Positions 53,737-64,000 of a stretch of 64,000 bases of DNA are shown here, piece after piece. The stretch's first letter is position 1. Each line of letters begins with the position of its first letter. The position numbers and the translations under genes were made by a program. The notes under the pieces are model-generated. The model did no database searches and had not been told where the DNA came from. It saw only the letters and a program-made list of their open reading frames with translations. The DNA lies in NCBI GenBank assembly GCA_964016885.1, contig OZ024759.1, forward strand, positions 15,872,001 to 15,936,000. The letters run 5' to 3'. This DNA comes from Eledone cirrhosa. Lineage: Eukaryota.

Positions 53737-54211
53737 ATATTTATATATGCATATATATTATATTTATATATATATATTATATATATTAAGTATATGCATT
53801 TTTTTATATATATTATATATATTGTATATATAATATATATATATTGTATATATAATATATATATATATACATATATATATATACATATATGTGTGTATGT
53901 ATGTATATGTGTGTATGTATGTATATATATATATATGCATACATACATATATATATAAATATACATATATATATACATATATATATATACATACATATAT
54001 ACATATATATATATACATACATTTATATATACATATATATATACATATATATATGTATGTATATACGTATATATAAATGTATGTATATATATATAAGTAT
54101 ATATATTGCATATGTATATATATGTATCTTATAAATCTATATATAATATATATATATATATAACTTATAAATCTATATATAATATATATATATTTTTTTA
54201 GTATATATATT

Positions 54212-54243
<32 letters not shown>

Positions 54244-54707
54244 ATATTTATATATGCATATATATTATATTTATATATATATATTATATATATTAAGTAT
54301 ATGCATTTTTTTATATATATTATATATATTGTATATATAATATATATATATTGTATATATAATATATATATATATACATATATATATATACATATATGTG
54401 TGTATGTATGTATATGTGTGTATGTATGTATATATATATATATGCATACATACATATATATATAAATATACATATATATATACATATATATATATACATA
54501 CATATATACATATATATATATACATACATTTATATATACATATATATATACATATATATATGTATGTATATACGTATATATAAATGTATGTATATATATA
54601 TAAGTATATATATTGCATATGTATATATATGTATCTTATAAATCTATATATAATATATATATATATATAACTTATAAATCTATATATAATATATATATAT
54701 TTTTTTA

Positions 54708-54763
<56 letters not shown>

Positions 54764-54764
54764 G

Positions 54765-54838
<74 letters not shown>

Positions 54839-55369
54839 TATTTATGTATTTATTCATTTCCAAAGGCCGATTTTTTATTCTATAACTATATTATTTATTA
54901 TCAGGTTGTTTTCAAATCCAGAGAAACGTGCACGTCATATGTATGTGTACATGATTGAATAAATATTTTATTGTACTGTGCTCATCTATTAAGAAATGGG
55001 GGGATGGCTATGTGGTTGAAGGTATTGGTGGATTTCGGATTGGGTGAATGCTTGAAAGCACGGATGGCAGAAAGGATAAATGGAATGATGAACGGACCTA
55101 TTACATATATATAAAAACAATGATGAACGGACCTATTATATATATATTCAAAACAAAAAGCAGCGGAGGACGCGTTTCGCACCTGTCCGACAGACAACCT
55201 TTCCCCCACCCCGGAAAAACCCCCAGTTGATGGATGTGAATCCGAAATAAATATATATATATATAAATCAGGAAATAAGAGTGACACGGTTTGCTATACA
55301 AAAGAGGTTTTTAATCTCATTGCTGACAATTGTATCTCTGAACTGGTAGGTCTAGAGATCGCTACCAGC

Positions 55370-55585
55370 TTGGGGAGAGTCATATTGTTATAATATTGCC
55401 AGAAATAATAACAGAACACACTCACTGTTTGGTTGGTTTTGGCTTCTGTATCTTTTATATCTCCAAACAGTGAGTGTGTTCTGTTCTTATTTCTGGCAAT
55501 ATTATAACAATATGACTCTCCCCAAGTATAACAATATTTGTTTCGTCACACGATTTCATATCAAAAACCTTGCAAAACAAATATA
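55370..55585. mobile_element. Fold-back remnant of the family B terminus
   Basis: 55370-55432 and 55463-55526 are inverted repeats of the family B 3' end. Confidence 0.8.
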
Positions 55586-56077
55586 TATATATATATACAT
55601 ATACATATACATATATATATACATACATATACGCATATATACATATATATATATATATATACATACATATACGCATATATACATATATATATATACATAT
55701 ATATATATACATATATATAGACATACATATATATACATCGATATGTATATACATATTTATACATATATATACGCATATATACATATATAAAAATACATAT
55801 ATACATATACATATATATACATATACATTTATACATATATATATACATATACATATATATACATATGTATATATATACATATATACATATATACATATAT
55901 ATATATATAAATATATATATATATATGCACACATATATATATATATACGTGTATATATACGTGTTTATATATAAATATATACATACATATTTATGTACAT
56001 ATACATTTACATACATATACATATATATAATCGTATATATATACGCACATATATATATATATAAACATGTATCTCTT

Positions 56078-56146
<69 letters not shown>

Positions 56147-56491
56147 TATGTATGGGAGTGTGTGTATACATACATATATACTTAAATTTATAGGTACAGT
56201 GATAACACTGACACTAACAACAGTAATCTATGTGAAGATATCGAAAAAAGTGTGTCATGGGAACGAAATCTATTTCTTTCAAGACTCCAACAATTACACA
56301 GTCTCGTTCTATCAGTACACGGAATCTCAGCAAGAGACGATCAAACATCACGTACAAAATGTACAGATGTACAGACGTACAGATGTTCGAATGTTCAGAC
56401 ATCTGAAAGTGAATGTTTAATCTAGATCGATTTCTCACATGATAACTAACAATATATCACAAACTCACACATCTCTCTCTCTCTCTCTTTG

Positions 56492-56602
<111 letters not shown>

Positions 56603-56741
56603 TCTTGTATATGTACAAATATACGAAGGTGTTTGTATGTATGCAATTAAATGTACATAAATGTATTAGATATATATGCATTATATATATATATATATAT
56701 ATATTCTAATGTATATAAGAGTGTTTTCGCTTTGTCTATTG

Positions 56742-56787
<46 letters not shown>

Positions 56788-57097
56788 CTCTCTTTCAATA
56801 TAGAAGGAAGGAAAATAGTTCTCACTATATAGGGCCAAATTTATTCATTTGAGAATGAATCTATCTGATCTATGTCTCTTCCCCCACCTCCCCTACGCTT
56901 TCGTACTTCATACATATATATATATATCTAAATGATAAGCAACACTAGAATGAATAGTGTCTCCATGACCTATTCTAGAGTTGGCTTTGAAACCTTAGGT
57001 AGCAACCAACTATATTGAGAAATCATACTAACTGTCTTTGGCGCTATACATAGCATAAGGCGTTTTTTCGGTATCTATTCTACGTAAACCCTTGCAC

Positions 57098-57148
<51 letters not shown>

Positions 57149-57375
57149 ATCCGATGATGTTCACTAGTTCTCCTTTTCGGGTAGTGTTTTCTATGCTCAG
57201 AGAGTGGGATTGGTCGAGTACAAGGACTTTCCCCACTAAAAGAACCTTCAAATCACAGGCATTGCTTGTTCAAGATCTTTTACAGGTTCGTGCGGCTGGC
57301 CGTAGCATAAACGTTCACCATTTTCTGTAAACTGACAAGCGATTGCAATACTCTTACCAGAGTTTGCAGCCATCA

Positions 57376-57512
<137 letters not shown>

Positions 57513-57904
57513 AAGAGTTATTTTAGTTATTTAAAGATAAAACAGTAGTTATTAAGTGGCTGGATATTGAATAATCTTCACCACAATAAAAAAACCACTT
57601 AAGACACGTATAGAGTTCTTCTCGCGATGTCCTCACGTTCCTCAGTACTTGTTAAAAACTGACATCCTTAGTATTAATTTCCATCTTTCTTCATCTATCG
57701 ATCTTCTTTGAGTAAATATTTTTCGGATCATTTTCATCACCCTACGTTGAACAAGCTGGTCATCATGGCTTACGAAAGGTTCGTACCTGGTATGACACCA
57801 CTGTAGTAACTGGCCTTATATTGAAACCTGAGTTGCACTATACCTTGGATATTTTTACCCAATTATTACTATCACATATATGCATGTATATTGTATATCT
57901 ATAT

Positions 57905-57981
<77 letters not shown>

Positions 57982-58023
57982 TAAATATATAGAAGTAGTT
58001 CCACAACAGTTGATTCGATATTT

Positions 58024-58064
58024 CCGAGAACAATTGTTTCACGTTATTCGGATCATCAGCTCGG
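58024..58064 (-). ncRNA. Type I minimal hammerhead, family D
   Basis: Minus strand ccgag-ctgatga-tccgaataacgt-gaa-acaattgt-t-ctcgg; stem II is weak in this copy. Confidence 0.65.
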
Positions 58065-58250
58065 TTTAAACCATTGTTCACGGTAATGGTGAACTAACTG
58101 TTGTGAAGCTATTTCTAACAAACTCGTCCCATGGTCTGAGTGCTCTACTACAACGGATATATTCCACCAGTGTTCTACTATTATATATATGTGTGTGTAT
58201 ATATATGTGTGTGTATATATATGTGTGTGTATATATATGTGTGTGTATAT

Positions 58251-58345
<95 letters not shown>

Positions 58346-58379
58346 CACCTACATACTGATACAAACACATATATATCTA

Positions 58380-58799
58380 TGTTTTAAGAAAACCCACTGT
58401 ACTAATAGGAAATGTATCATATGTAAGGTAAACTCCCGGATAAACTGTAAAACTAGAAATGTAGTCTATAGCATAAGATGTACAGAGGGTACTTGCAGAA
58501 ACATGACAACAACATACATAAGCGAGACAGCTCGTAGCATAGGTGAAAGGATAGACCAACACTGGGGGGAACTGAAAGGACGAAAAGACGGTTCAGTACT
58601 ATACGAACATGCCAGACAACAACACGACGGTAACATAGACAACATAGACATTAGAATATCTAAACATAGAAATGACCCAGCAGATAGGCAAATCAGAGAG
58701 GCCAGTGAAATAGAACTTAGAAGGCCAAGGCTAAACAGAAAGAATGAATGGAATAACAACAACACCCAAACAAACAACACTGACCTAAGAGAAGTATAA
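58380..58799 (+). pseudogene. Penelope-like element GIY-YIG endonuclease C-terminal remnant
   Basis: Read in frame from 58380: CFKKTHCTNRKCIICKVNSRINCKTRNVVYSIRCTEGTCRNMTTTYISETARSIGERIDQH..LYEHA..RQIREASEI..RPRLNR. VVY..YIS stands for GIY-YIG, with an upstream Cys cluster. Confidence 0.88.
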
Positions 58800-59055
58800 A
58801 TAAATAAATAGATAAATAAATAAATAAATACATACACAAGCACAATAACAACAAACACATATAAACACACACTAGTAAAGAGTGTATACATTAACCAATA
58901 CACAGTCACCCAATCACGAACACACATCAAACAAAACACTATACACACACGCAAACGCATGCGCAAAGAAGACAGAATAAAATAAACAAATAAATAAATA
59001 TATAAACAGACTAAATAAAGATGGCGTAGAAAATACAATGCAACGGGAGGAAACA

Positions 59056-59109
59056 ATAGCACCACTGACGATGTTGCAGATGTGCAACGAAAGAACTTTG
59101 ATAAACTAT
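59056..59109 (+). ncRNA. Type I hammerhead, family B
   Basis: atag..ca-ctgacga-t-gttgca gatg tgcaac-gaa-ag aa ct-t-tg..ctat. Confidence 0.7.
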
Positions 59110-59303
59110 ATATATGTGTTTGTGTCAATATTGTATCTGTATTATTTTTTACCGTTGGTCAGTCAATGGCAACATTGAGGACCGAATAAATTAGATTACC
59201 GATATAAAAGACACAGAAGCGAAAAGCGAAAACCAACCAAACAGTGAGTGTGTTCTGTTATTAATTCTGACAATATTACACAAATATGACCCTCCCCAAG
59301 TAT

Positions 59304-59349
<46 letters not shown>

Positions 59350-59507
59350 ATACTTTGGAAGTGTCATGTTGCCAAAACAAACACACACACACCTATTAGG
59401 TTTTTTTATTGGCAACATGACCCTCCCAAAGCATAACAATATCTGTTTCAACACACGTTTTCAGATAAAAAATCTCGCAAAACAAATTCAAAAACGAATT
59501 ATATATA

Positions 59508-59552
<45 letters not shown>

Positions 59553-59703
59553 CGTTTCTGAATTTGTTTAGCAAGATTCTTTATCTGAAAACGTGTGTTG
59601 AAACCGATATTGTTATGCTTTGGAAGGGCCATGTTGCCAATAAGAAACAAGATGGCGTAGGACAGAACAAAGGAGAGGCACAAAAACAAAGAAAAGAATC
59701 CCA

Positions 59704-59746
59704 GTCACTGAAGAGGTCACAGAATGTGTGACGAAAGAACTTGGAC
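59704..59746 (+). ncRNA. Type I hammerhead, family C
   Basis: gtca-ctgaaga-g-gtcaca gaatg tgtgac-gaa-ag aa ct-t-ggac. The 36.7 kb copy has tgac here, which completes stem I. Confidence 0.72.
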
Positions 59747-59892
59747 AATATATGAACAATCGTCTGGTTGTGGAACCAACCACCCAACCGGAAATTTATA
59801 AATTATTAAATTTATAAATTTAATTTATAATAAATTGAAGTGAAAGCAACTGGTGCGAGTTTCTTATTGGCAACATGACCCTCCCAAAGCAT

Positions 59893-59924
<32 letters not shown>

Positions 59925-60223
59925 CCTGAGGTGTTGTCAGTTGTTCCATTCCCGGACCAGGCGATGCGTTATGTCCTTGATCAAGACACTTTATTTCGCG
60001 TTGCTCTTTCTACTTGGAGTTGCAACCGATAGAGAGTAGTAGCAACTGGAAATACCAACGGAAACATTGTTTCCTCGGTGCGATTTGACGAAAATCGATC
60101 GACAGAAATATTTTTAAAAAAGAAAAAAATATATATATATATATATATATATACATGTGTGTATATATATATATATATATACGCCCACATATTGACACAA
60201 AAACACATGTGTGTATGTGTGTG

Positions 60224-60257
<34 letters not shown>

Positions 60258-60324
60258 GCTATACTTTTCATTAGGTCATGCTGCTGCCAAACTGAGATAA
60301 TACAAATACATATATCTTATATAT

Positions 60325-60860
60325 AATTGTTTCTACCTTAGGCACAAGGCCAGCAAATACCCAGTGCATTACTGGTACTTTATTTTATCGACCCCGTAAG
60401 GATGAAAGGCAAAGTTAACCTCACCGGGATTTGAACTCAGATCGTAAAGGGACGTAACTATGCTGGAAAGCATGGCGTCCGACTCTCTACCGATACTGCC
60501 AATCCACCGCCCTTATAATATATATAATGGTTTCATATAAGGCCAGCAATTTTGGGGAGGGGAAACCATTCATCAGGTTACCTAGAACTGACTTATATGT
60601 GTTTAAAGGAGGGAACTGAATATATATAGTCAAATAATAATTGTTTCTACTTTTTGTCACAAGGCCAGAAATTTTGGTGGAGGGGAAAGTCGATTAAATC
60701 TACCCCAGTGCGTGACTGGTACTTTATTTTATCGACCCCGTAAGGATGAAAGGCAAAGTTTAACCCCGGCGGGATTTGAACTCAGATCATAAACGGCCGT
60801 AACTCTATGCTGCAAAGCATGGCGCCCGACCCTCTACCGATACTAGCAATCCACTGCCCT
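60325..60860 (-). mobile_element. Two SINE family 1 copies; the second carries sequence matching the flank of the 7.4 kb copy
   Basis: Full elements at 60325-60512 and 60637-60860; 60563-60640 matches 7342-7420. Confidence 0.9.
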
Positions 60861-61449
60861 ACATATAATATATATAATATATGTATTTCTGTTGTGAAGT
60901 TTGCCCAGATAATATACAGATGTCAAGTAAATGTCAATGATATTAGCCGAATCTAGAAGAAAGCTGGCATGACATCCAACCAATCACAATGAAGTATTAC
61001 CAAATGACAAAATACCATATGATATGATATTTCATTCTCATTCCATTTTAGGTTATATATTAATGTTTTCTTTTTCGATTTCCTTTCATCTGTTTTTTAT
61101 TTTATTTTATTTCAGTTCAGCTTTTTTTTTTCGTTTTATTTTTATTTTATTTTATTTTATTTTATTTTATTTTTTCGTTGCATTTGTGGCGTTTGATATA
61201 TTTTTTTATCAACTCTGTTGTGCGTGTGTGTTTATGTGTGTGTTTATGCGTGTGTTTATGTGTGTGTGCATATGAGTATATGTGTATATGTGTGTGTATA
61301 ATTGTGTATGTGTGAGTGTATCTAAATGTATATGTATGTGTGTGTGTAAGTGTGTGTATGTGTATGTGTGAGTGTATCTGGGTGTATGTTGTGAGGGTGT
61401 GCTTCTCTGTGTGTGTATATGTGTGTCTGTGTGTGTATATATATGTATA

Positions 61450-63015
61450 TGTGTCTGACTGTATGTATATGTGTATATGTATGAGTGTATGTATATGTGT
61501 GTATGTTTCTGGGTGTATATATTTGTGTATGTGTCTGAGTGTATGTATATGTGTATGTATCTGAGTGTATGTATATGTGTATGTGTCTGAGTGTATGTAT
61601 ATGTATGTGTCTGAGTGTATGTATATATGTATGTCTGAGTGTATGTATTTGTGTATGTGTCTGAGTGTATATATTTGTGTATGTGTCTGATTGTATGTAT
61701 ATGTGTATGTGTCTGAGTGTATGTATATGCATGTGTCTGAGTGTATGTATATATGTATGTGTCTGAGTGATGTATATATGTATGTGTCTGAGTGTATATA
61801 TATATGTGTGTGTGTCTGAGTGTATGTATATGTATCTGTCTGAGTGTATATATATATATATATGTATGTGTCTGAGTGTATGTATGTGTGTATGTGTCTG
61901 AGTGTATGTATGTGTGTATGTGTCTGATTGTATGTATATGTGTATGTGTCTGAGTGTATATATATGTGTATGTGTCTGAGTTTATGTATATGTATGTGTC
62001 TGAGTGTATATATATATATATGTATGTGTCTGAGTGTATGCATGTGTGTATGTGTCTGAGTATATATATATGTGTATGTGTCTGAGTGTATATATATGTA
62101 TATGTGTCTGAGTGTATATATATGTGTATGTGTCTGAGTGTATATATATGTATATGTGTCTGAGTGTATATATTTGTGTATGTGTCTGAGTGTATATATA
62201 TATGTACGTGTCTGAGTGTATATATATATGTATGTGTCTGAGTGTATGTATGTGTGTATGTGTCTGAGTGTATATATATGTGATGTGTCTGAATGTATAT
62301 ATATGTGTATGTGTCTGAGTGTATATATGTGTGTATGTGTCTCAGTGTATATATATATATGTATGTGTCTGAGTGTATGTATGTGTGTATGTGTCTGAGT
62401 GTATGTATGTGTGTATGTGTCTGATTGTATGTATATGTGTATGTGTCTGAGTGTATATATATGTGTATGTGTCTGAGTTTATGTATATGTATGTGTCTGA
62501 GTGTATATATATATATGTATGTGTCTGAGTGTATGCATGTGTGTATGTGTCTGAGTGTATATATATGTGTATGTGTCTGAGTGTATATATATGTATATGT
62601 GTCTGAGTGTATATATATGTGTATGTGTCTGAGTGTATATATATGTATATGTGTCTGAGTGTATATATTTGTGTATGTGTCTGAGTGTATATATATATGT
62701 ACGTGTCTGAGTGTATATATATATGTATGTGTCTGAGTGTATGTATGTGTGTATGTGTCTGAGTGTATATATATGTGATGTGTCTGAATGTATATATATG
62801 TGTATGTGTCTGAGTGTATATATGTGTGTATGTGTCTCAGTGTATATATATATATATGTATGTGTGTATGTGTCTGAGTGTACATATATGTGTATGTGTC
62901 TGAGTGATTATATATATGTGTATGTGTCTAAGTGTATATATGTGTGTATGTGTCTCAGTGTATATATATATATGTATGTGTCTGAGTGTATGTATGTGTA
63001 TGTGTCTGAGTGTAT
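61450..63015. repeat. ~26-30-bp minisatellite with a 495-bp higher-order duplication
   Basis: Unit gtctgagtgtat(at)ntgtgtatgt; identical variant strings at 62216 and 62711. Confidence 0.95.
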
Positions 63016-63374
63016 GTATGCTTTTATGTCATCGTCTTTTTTTCCTCCTGATTTCTCTTTGCCATTAATTTTTATTATTTACTTATATTTTTTAGTTTTT
63101 TTTAATACATTTTTTTATTTATTTGTTGTTGTTTTCTATTTATTTATTAAAGTTTGTTTTGTCATTTGTCATCGTTGGTTTAGGAATGCTCTGGTTACTG
63201 TAACACTTTACAGCCAACATAACAACACTAGCAACAGCAACAACAGCAACAACGACATTAAGATGTACAGTAGTAGTAGTGGTGGTGGTGGTGGTGGTGG
63301 TGGTGGAGGTGGTGGTGGTGGTGGTAGTGGTGGTGGTGGTGTTGTTGTTGTTGGTGGTGGTGGTGGTGGTGGTG

Positions 63375-63450
<76 letters not shown>

Positions 63451-64000
63451 AGATGGTGATCTGGCATAGTCATTAGAACGTCGGATAAAATTCTTGGCAA
63501 TAGTTTCGACTCTCTCCTCTCTAAGGTCAAATCCCGCCGAGGTCAACTTTGCATTTCATCCATTCAAAGCCGAAAAAAAAAAAGATACCAGTGCAGTACT
63601 GGGGTCGTTTCTTCCTCTATATCTCTTTCTCACTTCCATTCTCTCACTCTCTATGTCCTTCCTTAGAAGAAATCTGCTGTATTCAAAGCTGGTGAGGAGA
63701 AGGGCTCAGCCAGGTGTGGGGGGGGGGGGGTTACCTAAGAAGCCTTATGGTCAATAATGATAATGGTACCCCTCCGGCTCCAACAGGAGGTGTGGGTCCT
63801 TCCCCTCCCACCTCCCCACCTCCCCCCAAAAAAACAAAAAAACTAGTAGTAGCATCAGCAGCGCATCAGCCGCAAGAAGAAGAAGAAGAAGAAGAAGAAG
63901 AAGAAGAAGAAGAAGAAGAAGAAGGCAAAGAAGAAGAAGAAGAAGAAGAAGAAGAAGAAGAAGAAGAAGAATGTGCAACAACAAGAAATTATAATGATGA

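Noticed and set aside
55160-55255. cgaaacgcgtc (minus) and ttgatggatgtgaatccgaaa hammerhead-like fragments
   Set aside because: No intact CUGANGA core or stem I.
61162-62885. 558-aa and 293-aa His/Tyr/Thr ORFs
   Set aside because: Minisatellite translation.

Overview
AT-rich, repeat-saturated animal non-coding DNA. The SINE and microsatellite landscape resembles an octopod cephalopod (inference from recall, not a database search). No host protein-coding gene is convincingly present, and most ORF-track entries are microsatellite artefacts. Contents: about 20 copies of a tRNA-derived SINE plus a second SINE family; a young, 5'-truncated but uninterrupted R4/Dong-like non-LTR retrotransposon (RT + CCHC + restriction-like endonuclease) inside (TAA)n, with three degraded relatives; RTE-, CRE- and Tx1-like LINE remnants; Tc1/mariner-type MITEs; and several minisatellites. 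The most interesting signal is a set of at least six short repeat families that abut (TA)n microsatellites, often form fold-back inversions, and carry complete or partial type I hammerhead ribozyme motifs with minimal or palindromic stem III. One family lies directly downstream of a Penelope-like GIY-YIG endonuclease remnant (58380-58799). Together these suggest a (TA)n-associated Penelope / retrozyme-like system of self-cleaving RNAs. All ribozyme folds were paired by eye and none has been tested.
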